Assembly (NCBI GenBank): GCA_029953675.1
Contig: JAMWBK010000010.1
Span: forward strand, 1,426,001-1,490,000
Length of the DNA: 64,000 bases
Direction: 5' to 3'
Source: Rhodosorus marinus CCMP1338
Lineage: Eukaryota; Plantae; Rhodophyta
Position 1 is the first letter of the stretch. Every line of letters begins with the position of its first letter. Under the pieces are notes generated by a model. The model saw nothing but the letters and a program-made list of their open reading frames with translations, ran no database searches and was not told where the DNA came from. The position numbers and the translations under genes are program-made. Shown here in pieces: positions 51,205-62,714 of this stretch.

Positions 51205-51548
51205 TGTGATTCCTGACTAACAATCGCATTGCGGACGAGACTGTTAAAAGGTCAGGCCTGTAGTATTGAGCTTATTCAGTGGGTGATGCTGAGTATCATG
51301 GCTCCGATTAGACTGTTTCAGCGTCCTACTGCGAATCCGGCTAGTACCAGTGCCCTGTGTGCTATCGAGGAGTAGGCTATGAGTCGTTTCAGGTGTGTTT
51401 GGCGGATTGCGAGTATTGAGGCACGATGAAGATGTTGAGAAGTTAAAAAGGAGCGTGCCCTCCGCGTGTTTAACTTGCTTCGGCGTGAAGACGAGGATGC
51501 TGGAGATAGTCGAATGCTACTCTGTGACTAACTGAAACGTGCTTCGGT

Positions 51549-51578
51549 AGCTCTTGACCAAAGAGCTCTTGACCAAAG
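51549..51578. repeat. 15-bp perfect tandem duplication
   Basis: agctcttgaccaaag twice. Confidence 0.9.
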
Positions 51579-53805
51579 ACATCGTTGCCAACGGAGTCTC
51601 TTTTCGGGCTCCTCGCGCATGATCCAGACCGAAAAGGGAATTCTGAAACAGATCTCTGTGGGTTCGATCAATGAAGAGAAGGTTCACGCTGCGCTCGAGT
51701 TTTCCTGCACTGGCAAACCGTACTTTCGGTCTGTGCCTGAGATCTTGTGGAAACCGTCCTGCACCGGTGCAGCCCATCGGGCGAAGGTACAACCTTCACC
51801 TCATTGATTCAAGGACGTTTTAAACGATTGCGCTGGCGGAACCAGGGACGACCAGTGTAGAATACAAATAAAAATGGGAGAAGGATGAGCTCCGAGAGTC
51901 TGTTTCTGATTTTCTCATTGGAGCGCAACCGCGTTTGGAGGTAAATCCAGCTTCTCATCTGGAGGCTCTTGCGCCCTATAGATTAAGAACTGCTCCGCTT
52001 CCGCGTACATGCCCATAATAGAAGTACTACCATTAATAGACGGGAATGGGTATTTTTTTGGCTTCCATCGATTTGTGCGTCCGGGTATGTAGTTTTCATG
52101 CCTCAGGATAGTGTTGTTGGGCTCATTCCCTGTTCCGCCATAGTTTCAGGGTGGGAACAACAACGTTGCAAATGGATCTCCCGTCTTCACTCGCTTCAGG
52201 GTGAATGTTGCTTCGGCAGTGTGTGAGCCATTTCAGTCGCGTTGCCTTTCGCGCCTTGAAGGCATGTGGGAGCTGCCGGGCGATGTGATTCGTGTTCTCT
52301 TTTGGTTGGGGCGATTCCCACTACAACCCCAGACTAACGTAAACAGTTGTTCCTTTCTGCGAGCTGCAAAAGATCATGCTCGATCAGTCTGGGGCCACTA
52401 CAGACCTACCGTAGTACTGCCGACTTCGAGCGCACAGAGACTTGAAGATGGAAGCATACAATCTCTTCCTAGAGATATCTTTGGAGACTCAAGAGCCTGG
52501 CACGCTTGCGGTTTCCAGTTTTTACCTGTCATTTGCTCGTAAAAATAGGAAAACTGTACTAAATTGCTAACTAGCTCAAATCACTCAAAACACATTTGAT
52601 CCTTACCCGGTACAAAGCTGCTGCAAAAGCTGCCAATGACCACAACTGCGGATCAGAAAGACGTTCCTTCAGTCAGAAAGACCTAACCACCCAGAGTCAA
52701 GCCCAAAATGTCTGGTCACCCATTAAGCTGTGACCCAAAAAGTCTATCCACATGGTTGCAGCATCCATACGTCTCCACTACCACCGGCTCCTTCCTTCAA
52801 TCACTTTTCTTACCTTACAACCCCACATGAACTTTTTTTTTCACAAAACGATGAGGGCTGGTGATATCTTAAGCGATTTCATTGGTCAATATTGGATTCT
52901 TCGTTAATAGTAAACTCCGGTCTCATTTTGCACGAATGACAATGATTCCAGGCCAGCTACAGTTTATATCCTCAATATATATAAATAAAATGAATAACTA
53001 TTATCCAATAATATCTATCTTAAAACTGCAATTGGATAATGAACAAAGATCTTTCTGTAGATATTATCCGAAAGATATTAAAATAGGAAAATAATATAAG
53101 CTATTGATTGAAACGACAGAGTTTCGCGTCCAAGATTAAAATCAGATATTGTATTCTATTCACAAAAAGGAATATTTGCAAAGACGGAGATGTGCACCCA
53201 TTACCGCAATTCACCTTTGTACCGGAGATCTTGTTCTGGCCGTCAAGAACCCCCCCCGTTCATTGTTGCTTGCTTCACGGCAGTAAACGCTCCATAAGTT
53301 ATCAATATACGATTTCATTGGTAACACTTGATATGAAAATGGCCCACGGCGGATAAAGTCATTCTCTGAACCCTAGCTAGATGTCCGCCAAGGGAGATAG
53401 GGGTGAGATCCACGTGAGTCTCGATTTTTCAGGAAATTCAAGCTATTATCAGATGTTGATTTGATATAGAAATCGTTTATCCAGGGTTTTTGGAAGGATT
53501 TTTTTTGAGGATGTGGAAAATGGCAGTGTGATCATGAGGATGGGAAAAACGAGGGATGCAGGATAGTGACAGTCTTACCACTATTGTATTTTTCTGGTTG
53601 CTGTGGAAAAGTGTGAGTGGAACAGATTTAAGAGCTCAAGACTTTCCGAATTTCGGTGGCTAGGGACACAAGCTTTTGAGGTCTTCAAACGTGTGCATGT
53701 TGTCATTGGGGGGTGTTTTGTTGGAACTGGATAGAGAGAAAAGGGGCTTCCGGTGAGGTTAGTCTGCTGTTTTTTGGAAGGTAGTACGTTAAAGAAGATA
53801 GAAAT

Positions 53806-55289
53806 ATGTCAGCGAGTTGCTTCGTAGCGGCTCCGGAAATTGCAATGGCGTGGGGCGGGTTCTACGAGAATAAAGCAGAGCCACAGACGGGATGCACAGT
53901 AGTGAACTGTGCTGAGAACTTTTACAAAGGGAAAAGCTGTTTGACTTGCTCGTCGGCCGCAGACGAGGTCGATGGCCTGTTTGGTGAGGAGGATACGGTA
54001 ACTATTCGACACGTTGAAGAGAACGTGATCTGCTCCGATGGTGCATCGCTTAGATACCAACTTTGGGATGCCAAGTTTCCTCCCTTCTCAAAGTAAGTCG
54101 GTTCTTAAGCATTAGCTTGTCGCTGTTTATTGGCTGCACCGCAAAAATTTGGTTTCTGAAGGATTAAATCCTCCCTCACTCGCTTCAGCAGAGAGTTTCG
54201 CGGCTTAGTAGTCATTCTTCATGACTTTTCGACGGATTCTGGACGTGCTTGTAGAAATCTCGTCCCTCGTTTACTATCCGAAGGCTTTGCAGTCTCGTCT
54301 TTTGATATTCGAGGGCACGGGAGGTCATCTGATAGGACTGACGGATTTGGAAGGTCGAGCCCTCTACGCCGACTGTTCACCGGCTCGAGGAGAATCGTCG
54401 TCGACGGGGATGACTGTTGGGTTCAGATCCAGAAATGGAGAAGCGACGTTGAAACGATTGTGCGAAGGGCCATTTCAGACGTAGAACAAAGAAACCCACG
54501 TGTATTTCTTCTGGGTGATGGCTTCGGAGCGGCTATGGCGATTGACTACATGGCGTCCATGCAACAGAAAACCCGGGACGAACTGAACATAAGTGGGGTT
54601 GCGGCGTGTGGGGCAGTTCTGGGCCTGAAAGAGAATATAAGGTAGAGTGAGAAGCTAACATGCCAGTGAAGACCCTTCTTTGCTTCTAATTGTACGTCCA
54701 TTCTTTTCGTCAAAGTTTTCACGACGTTTACAAACTCCTCGACAAATATGGCACTGCCAAAGTAGCTGACGCGGAGTATTTAATTTTTCCGGATGAGTTT
54801 GAGAACCTAAGCCGGGACTTGAGAATAGGAGAGATGATAAAGAAAGATAACCTACGGCTGAGGGAGGCAAACGCCTTGCTCCTTAAGGTACGTATCAAAC
54901 TTTTGCACTGTTTATCCTTGCGCTCGCCCCTGACGCTCTAGTACTTTCTAGGCAGCCGTGCGGGTAGTTGAAAACGCGAATAGGGCGTCCTGCGAATGGG
55001 GGGAAATACCGCTTGCTTTTTTCCATGGAACAAGGGATATTTGCGCGCCAGTCGGTAGGTTTCTATTCATTTTAAGCGTTTTCTCAGTTGCATATTCTAA
55101 TAAGCATCTATATGGGTTCTGATGACAGGAGCTGTTGAGGAGTTCAAAGAATTGACTGGCAGCAGTCAAGTAACGTTGCACAAGTACACAGATGCCAAGC
55201 ATTGGCTGCATCATGAGGTGCTGCCCGAGAGGAGAAACTTTCTAGATGATTTGTTGGAGTGGCTGGTCACACATCACGCTGTGGTGTGA
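53806..55289 (+). CDS. Monoacylglycerol-lipase/Hydrolase_4-fold protein lacking the catalytic serine, multi-exon
   Basis: VVILHDFSTDSGR, FDIRGHGRS, VFLLGDGFGAAMAI, FHGTRD and YTDAKHWLHHE align with the MAGL motifs HG.GEH, D..GHG.S, GHSMGG, G..D and H.LH.E. Confidence 0.85.
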
Positions 55290-55562
55290 GACGACGGCCA
55301 GCACTCGTGGGAGCAGGAAGAGTTGTCAAATGTATGAGTAACTAATTAGAGGAGGGGGCACAATTAGCAAGTCATGTTTGTTGATAGCTTAACGAACCGC
55401 CAGCCTGTGCAGGGGCACGGCTAATTCTGGTTTTCCGTGTGTCTGCGGTATCTGAGGTAACACCTCATCATCTTGTGAAGAGCTACGCTTTTGTATGAAT
55501 ATGATCAAGAAGCGCATGACAGAAGGGTGTAATGCAGTAAGAGGTTTAAGAATGTATGACCA

Positions 55563-55731
55563 AGTACGTGGATTGCTTGAACGATCCCAGTAGCTTAAGT
55601 GGCGCTGAGGTTGGAAATAAATTCGATATTTTATGTTCAGAACACGGTGATGATGACTCAGTCTTCATTCGCTGCACATCCAAACGTGCAGAAACCGGCG
55701 TGTCTCCAAGCAACCTCATCAACAACATCAA
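55563..55731 (+). pseudogene. Possible decayed direct copy of the 5' part of the downstream TSAUCER gene
   Basis: agtacgtg-gattgcttgaac (55563) vs agtacgtgcaaagatcgctcgaac (56653); tgttcaga..agtcttc (55634/55660 vs 56829/56861); exact aacaacatcaa (55721 vs 56572). Confidence 0.45.
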
Positions 55732-56373
55732 AATGGGACTGGAGCGATAGACTTAATCACAAGGCTCACTGGCCTTTTTCCATGAGAGTTGCTCGTACAC
55801 TACATCAACAGCAAACAAACTATTCCAAGGCAATACCGTTCAATCCACCTCTAGCCTGGCGGCAGTTCCGGCAAATAAGTCTACGCAGGTGTCACATTGC
55901 GAACATCACCAGAGCTGTAGATTTCGTACAATGAAATCCAGGCCGTTTCAAAAATTATCAATTTTCTTACATAATTTTTTTGACAACGACGCGTTATTTC
56001 CTCGTTGCAAAATTTCGCGGATTTCTCCTGACTAAAAATGGGTATTTTGAGGTGATTTGTGGATTTCCATTGGAAACGGGCGTTTTTGAAGGGTTTCGAT
56101 GTGCCGGGATGGTAACAGGGAGGGTGGGATGAGAACCGTATGATGATGAATAGATCCTGACATCATATAGTGATTCGTTTGGTTTGGATTATATATTGGC
56201 TCGTTTGTGAGGCCTCTCTGGGTGGATGTAAGGGGTACTCGTGGTGGCAAGAACATAGAGATGTCAAATTTAGGCACATACTGGACTCCACCGAATGAGT
56301 TTCTGAAGAGTCAGGTACGTAAGGGTTGTTCTGATTGGGTTTTATGTAGATTTTGAAATTGGCGCTTGAGAGC

Positions 56374-59300
56374 ATGAGATCAAGGATGGTATTTGGTTGT
56401 TAGTGATCTTTGCTCATTCGCATCTGCTTTCTTCCCTCCTTTGCTTCCGGTGGATGTCTGTAGTACGCTACGCGATTGAGGAAGCCTCTACCCTCTCCAG
56501 AGGATCTGAAAGCGAAATTGAGGAAACATCTGGATGAGGAAGCGAACATTGTGACTCGATTTTTGAAGGCGAACAACATCAAGAATACGCTCAAGCTGTT
56601 GTCCATATATCCACCAGATCGATCGCTGCTTCCAGATTATTTCAACTTGCTCAGTACGTGCAAAGATCGCTCGAACCGGATTTGGCTCTGATTAAGTCGC
56701 CTTAGAAGTGGAAGCTTACCCCGCCCCCCGTCGTATCTTTCAGAGAGCGAGGATCGATCAATATGTCGGCTTGCCCATCATTTGGTACGGGAATGTACCC
56801 CCCTAGCCGACGATGAGTACAAGCAACTTGTTCAGATACTTGATTCTGAAGTGAATCAAAAGTCTTCTGTTCGTCGAGCCGTAGCCCTGAGGACGCTCGC
56901 GAGGGTCATCAAGAAAAGAGTATGTTTTCGTTTGGAACGAATATCATGATCTCGCTGCAAATCTTCCGACCTTGTGTCCAGTGTCCATTGGCAGCCGCTG
57001 ACTAGAGAGCTCCGTATACCACCTGCTGCCTCGTCAGGATACGAAGAGAGGACTGAATTCCGCTGAAATCGCTCTGCGAAGTATAGCTGGAGTCACGAAA
57101 CAGATCAGAATCTCTAAGGGACTCCCGGTGAAACCTTCTTCAGGAAAGAAGAAGAAGAAGAAAGGTGAGTGATAGTTTACACCACATAACTGGCGATGGT
57201 GGCTCGCAAGAAGTACGGGCTTTGTGTCCGATTGCCCGTAAAACATGTTACGCAGAGCAGAGGACAAACCACTCGCAGTTCGGTTGGCTCTTAGAGCAAA
57301 GAAACCAGTGGTTTTTTGGGCAAACGTCGCTCCAATTTCGTTCTATGCGGTATATCAGAACTGACGTTATTTGCTTCCAAAACACTTTTCTACATCAGGA
57401 GACGACAACGAAGAACCGTACGAGGATTCTGACGAGGAGGAGAAGATCGACGATGGAGCGGGAAATCTTGTTTACGCGAGGGATATCGCGACCAAAATCA
57501 AGGACAAGACCGGGAAAGTCATTATGGGGCATACTGTCATGGCATGTGTGAGGAGATGTAACAAGGTCAACCCACAAAACTTTGGAATTGAAGTGAGTTA
57601 CCTTGAACACCCACCCGCGCTAGTCCATTACAAAAAGTTCGGTGTGCGAGCGTTCGACATGTCTGAGTTGGACAGGGGCTGAAAAAGTCACTCTATTCTT
57701 TTTTGGGCATCGTGATTTCGTCCTGCTTCGTTCTTGTTTAGGTCTATTTCTACGACCTCGGGTTAAGAGCCAATACGCCATCGACTGTCCGCAACACGAT
57801 AGGACTACTTGAAAACAGACTCACAGCAAATATCAATGCTGTCGGTTTCTATTTGCATCCCAGACTGCCACAATTCAATCCACCGGCTGAGAAGAAACTA
57901 GTTTTCGAAGACCTCGGGGCCAAGGTGCGATTGCTAGATACATGCACGCGATCTTACGCTTCCCAATTGAACTCAGGATTTCGTACTTCTTCGCACCGAA
58001 TCGTGGCTATTCTCGACAGATTTACTACGCTCGAATACTGGCAACTCTGGCTACTGATCCTAATCTTGAGGCTTACGTTGAACGGAACGCGACTCCGGCT
58101 TCCCAAGCAAAGGCGAGGAAGGGATTGTTCGGGTTCATGTTCGGAGGTGATGGGAAGGCAAGTTCAAATGCTCCTGGGGGAGTAGCAGCAAGTCCTGTTC
58201 TACATCTAGACGCGCTTTTGGGGGGGTTTTCCTCAGGGCCCGGTCACGCAAAGAATTCATTGCAGCTTGCGGTTTATGGAGCATTACATTAGCGTGCGGT
58301 CTGATCATTTTCTCCTGTTGACGTGCGGATTCTACTTCTTATACATCTCTTTTACTCAGTCAAAGAAGAGGAAAGGAAACGCTCTACGAAACGACAAACT
58401 CGGTGTTGACTTTTTCGAAGCCCTAACCATCCTCCTTCGCAACCCTAGCGGGCGAGTTCTCCTAGAAGTGATTGTTGGCTTGTCGAGGAGGAGCTGGGCT
58501 TCGTGGATTGACGTACCAGTTCCATCTCATGCCCTTTATGATGCGCCAGACTATGACGACGCGAGGGTCAGTATTTTTGTTACGACAAAACAGGTTGATG
58601 AAGGATCGATTGCGAGCTCATCGTATGCTTCTTGCTCGTTTCGTGTTTGAGAGGGCAGCTTGCGGGTGATGTTGATATTGACTATGATGATGACAGTGAT
58701 GAAGAGTTCCTGCAAGACGACAAGTTCGCCAACAGCAATAATCAGGTAAACATACGTTCTTCACTTTTGTTCCGACAGCCCAAGGATGAATGGTTCTGAC
58801 CAGCCCTTCCGTGTTCCCCGTGGGTTTTGTATTTTGCCGCATTGTTTTCTGATCAATGTTTAGCAAGAGCTTCAGAGCGCTTTTGGCCAAGCACAAGGCC
58901 CTCAAGGTCCAAGCTACATGGCCAAGAAGGAAAAACGGAAACTAGCACGAGAGCAACAAGCACAACTGAATGCGCCCTTTTACTTGCGAAAACTTGGAGA
59001 GGGAATGATTCCCGCTCTTGAGGTAGTAGAGATGGCATAGAATGATCAACATTTGTGGCCCAGGTTGGTTCGATGTCGCTCACTCGCTGTTGGAACTTGC
59101 TACGCTTTGCGAACAGGTTGTTATGCGCCGTATTTTGGGAGGAATGGTAAAAGACGATGCTTGCCTACGCTTCGGTGCTCTTCGTGCTGCTGTCGCGATA
59201 GCTAGAGCCAAGCTTTACACCGACACTCCAGAGGTATGCTGCTTGATGGGATGAGCGAATTAGATCAGAAACCGTATTGTTTGTAGGACCTCCTATATTC

Positions 59301-61914
59301 ATATATACGTCATCCGAAAAGTGGCTAATCCTTTCTTCCTGAACTCCCGATGCTACACGCGAAAAGGAGCAAGATCTTCTGACAAAGGCCAGGTCGGAAT
59401 ATTATGGAACCAGCGCAATGCCGCCAACGCAGCAGCAGCCGGGTGCACCGCAACAAGGGGTCCCGCAGCAAATGACGAGGCCCCAGGGGCTCCTACCCGA
59501 TCAAGGAATGCCAACCTTTGAAGATGACAATCAACAGCACATACTCGAGCCACTTACAAAGCACTTACTGTACCTATTGGCGGAGGAGCCATCGCTTTAC
59601 GTTCGTTGTAAATCAGCGGAAGCCTTTCTCCTCTTCATTGCTGCTGGAGCCGGATCGTCGGTATGTTGACCAACGCAAGCAGCTTACAATCCTGAATTTG
59701 AAAAAGTCAGAGTCTCTAAACGCTACAAGTGCCTCCTATCGTCTGATTAGATTGAGGACAAGCTCGAGGAAGACGAGGACGGTGCTGTTGAACCCCAATC
59801 TGCAGGGTTTCGGGACCGTAGTATTCGACCAGGGACGTCGTTTGAAGAGGACAGGAGGAACCAAAGAGGTCCGCCACTCAATGAACAAGGCGAACTGAGA
59901 AGTATGGTTGACAACGGGGGCATCCCAAACGATGTACAAAGTGGCCCACCGGGAGGCCCACCGGGAGGCCCACTGGAAGGCCCACCGGAAGGCCGTGGGG
60001 GTCCGCCTAGAGGTCCACTTCCTATGGGACTACCTCGGACACGACCTGAAGACGCGAAACCGCCGCCTCCACCACCGCTACCCCCTCTGATAAGGTTCTT
60101 CAGACCCTTCCTATGCAATGAAGGGATGAAAGGACATATCGCTCTCGACGCGTTGCAACCGTTTCTCGAGTCGCTGATCTTCGAGGTGCGATAAACAGCA
60201 CAAGCGTTTCAAAATTTGCGCGGAGACGATCAAGTGAATTTCTACTTGCTGACAGGCCCTTCTGCTTTCCCTTGCTGTTGTGATCACCTTTCCACTTGAT
60301 GTTCTCAGGTTCCGGACGTGGCGCCGTGGCTTGCAATCCAAGTAGTAGAACTTTTGGAGGATTGCGCGTTCTATCATGGTACTAAAGGTTGGTGTGGGTA
60401 CCTTCTTGAAGCGTGGGAAAATGTACTGGCAATTGGTAAGCGCTAAAGCCGTGCTGGATGCACCGCTCGACACGGTCTCGTTGTGTAATCCTTCGCAGTT
60501 CATAGGCTAATTGAGTTCTTGTTCACCTCGTTCAGCTACGATTCCGTGTGCCCACGCCGTCGCGGACTCTGTGCGTAGATGCGCTGAAGCCCTGTACGTT
60601 CATATCCATTTGCTCTATTCTCGTGGCTTTAGGGAGTGCTCCTCGTCATACCTCTTTGCTCATGCGTTGGTCTTTATATTTGCTCCCGAGCAGGCCTGAC
60701 CGAGAGCGACTGTCCGCGACAGCTGCGCAGTTCCTGCGAAGGCGTGTCCTTGATCTGACGGTTTTGTCGGTGGGGGCGGGTGAACTTATGGTAAAAGGTG
60801 TTCCGACGCCATTGCCGCAGGTAGTGGGCTCCGAGATGGAATCACATTTCTCTCTGATTTACCACGGAATTTTGATGGGACCGTCCCCAGAAAGCCGGTA
60901 GGTGTTGGAACATGAGCTTCTGATGTCTCCATTCGCCGTCATTTTCGAGAGGGAGAGCTTAAGATGGGCTTGTTCCGCGTTTTATCGACCGCCATAGGCA
61001 ATGCTTTGTAGACGCCCTCGGTGGAGCTGCCGTTTTGGCCGGTGACCCTTTCCGTATTAATGCATATGAGAAACTATGTGAGTTGAGGCTTGCTCGAGGA
61101 CTCGGACTGCGTGCCGCGGTCGACTTCGTTCTCTGCGCCCTCGACACATTGTATTCCACTCGCGAAAGGCTCGCAGAGGCCAGACTTAAGCTTCGCGAAC
61201 AAGGTATGTTTGCCTGGACTGGTCACGATACGAGGTGAACGGTTCTGTTCAGCAGTTAACCTCACTCCTCTTCTCTCAGGCGGAATTACGAACAGAAGCC
61301 GAGAGGAGGTATGGCTACAAGGAGTATGGAAACTTGCTGCTGAAGCCAGCGCTGCGGCTGGAAGCCTACTAGCAACTCCCCCTCCTCCAGGTATGTTCTC
61401 AGAGCTGTTGACCGCATCGCGGTCAGCGCCGAATTGTTTTTTCGCGAAAACGACGCTTATTTGAGAATCCTGTGCATCGCAAATTCGTGCTTTCCAGGAT
61501 GGCAACCGTTGGGAGCTGATGCCGCCAACGACGTAAGAGCTGCTGAAGAGCTGCTGGGAGACTTCCGGAAGTTTAAGATATCAGGTGAAGACCTGGAAGC
61601 GAAGCTGGTATGAGCCATCGTCTGAAACCTAACTGCGACGGGTCATTGATGCAGCCAGGTTTGAGAGGTGTGGTTTTATTTAATTGCTTTTGTTCTGCTT
61701 ATGTCATGTCCAGGAGGATCATGGACTAATGCCACCTGAGCAACGTGACATAGAGAATGGAAACCCTGCGCATGACCCCAGGGTGGATCCTAGGAGCGAT
61801 CGGAGGATGGACCAACGTGGAGACCTCAGAAACGATCAACGGGGTGGTCCAAGGGCGCTGCCACAGGACGGAGGGGGTGGAAACGGACCACCTCCGCCAC
61901 CGGGCCGGCGATAA
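56374..61914 (+). CDS. TSET/TPLATE complex large subunit TSAUCER (plant TASH3 homologue), many exons
   Basis: Motifs match recalled Arabidopsis TASH3 in order: KLLSIYPPDRSLLP/KLAVYNSVDPSLAP, SEDRSICRL/CEDRNVLRY, RKGLFG..GGD...LQLAVYGAL/KKGVFG.KGGD...LQYAAMSAL, LRNPSGRV/LLDPSERV, PALEVVMRRI/PLIKLVMRRL, LYVRCK/VYVRAM, PDVA/PDMA, AGDPFRINAYEKL/SGEPFRLQIYEFL, GLG...LDTLY/GLG...LDEMY, QPLG/LPLG. Start codon approximate. Confidence 0.85.
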
Positions 61915-62336
61915 GCTGAGAACAGGCGGCCGTGAGGCGTATGCTGGCGGTTGATAAGCACGAATTCGCGGCTTGTCAGGTTTCAATCAATTTCGTCATT
62001 GGTTGCACTGCTCTCAAGAGGTGCTTTTTAGAGTTCTGCACTCTGTGATTGAGCAAACGGCATGGAGAAAGACTTATGGGGCTAACTGGTTTTGTGGTGG
62101 CTGTAGAACGGTATTCAGCTGGCAACTGTGCACATGATGGATCACTGCAGGCTTGAAATAAAGAATCTTATTGTATTTAATTGGTATGTTCAGAATAGTG
62201 GCTCACTAGAACAAGCAGTCTTATCTATGGAGTCATTTACAATTGTGAATGGTGCATTCTCAGCATGTCCGAATCGAATATTTCAAGTAGTTTCGTGCAC
62301 CAATTTTCCATCATAGCTGTACAAATTCCATCCACT

Positions 62337-62714
62337 TCATGGGGAAATCAGCGCTTCGATTCGCATCTTGTTAAGGGAGCGAGTCTGAATCTGAGGGCTT
62401 GCCTCATCGCAGCTTGCTGATTGTCCCTCTGCGTCGTGCGAGTGGGACAGGGCGTGGCTCTTCAGACTCGACCTCCATCGAAACTGTTTCTTGCAACCCG
62501 GACACGCAAAGGGAGTTGCCCCGGTGTGTATTCTCATGTGCACGCTCAAGTTCCACCTCTTACGGAACGCTCTATCACAGCCTTTCTGAGGGCAAAGGTA
62601 GATCTTTCCCTTGTCCTCCTTCAATTTTACCGGTTCCATCCCCTTCAAATCGTTCAAATCGCTCAAATCGCGTATATCCCTCACAACAACTTCAACGGGC
62701 TCTTCTATTCCCAT
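62337..62714 (-). CDS. Small C2H2 zinc-finger transcription factor with two fingers
   Basis: YLCPQKGCDRAFRKRWNLSVHMRIH-TGATPF-ACPGCKKQFRWRSSLKSHALSH; ATG at 62714. Confidence 0.88.
   Translation of the reverse strand: MGIEEPVEVVVRDIRDLSDLNDLKGMEPVKLKEDKGKIYLCPQKGCDRAFRKRWNLSVHMRIHTGATPFACPGCKKQFRWRSSLKSHALSHSHDAEGQSASCDEASPQIQTRSLNKMRIEALISP

Noticed and set aside
51733-53297. Two VPEILxxPS peptides (51733 and about 53220) recalling the actin/Arp PExLFxPS motif
   Set aside because: Short matches with no collinear actin motifs in flanking frames; compatible with chance without a search.
59010-59116. Apparent frameshift or premature TAG in TSAUCER
   Set aside because: Resolved by a 94-nt GT-AG intron (59023-59116) giving PALE|VVMRRI, which aligns with TASH3.
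56374-61914. Alternative identity as AP-5 zeta (LESLIFEV) or TPLATE (PALEVVE)
   Set aside because: Only isolated short matches, out of order for TPLATE and partly intronic; TASH3 matches about ten motifs in order.
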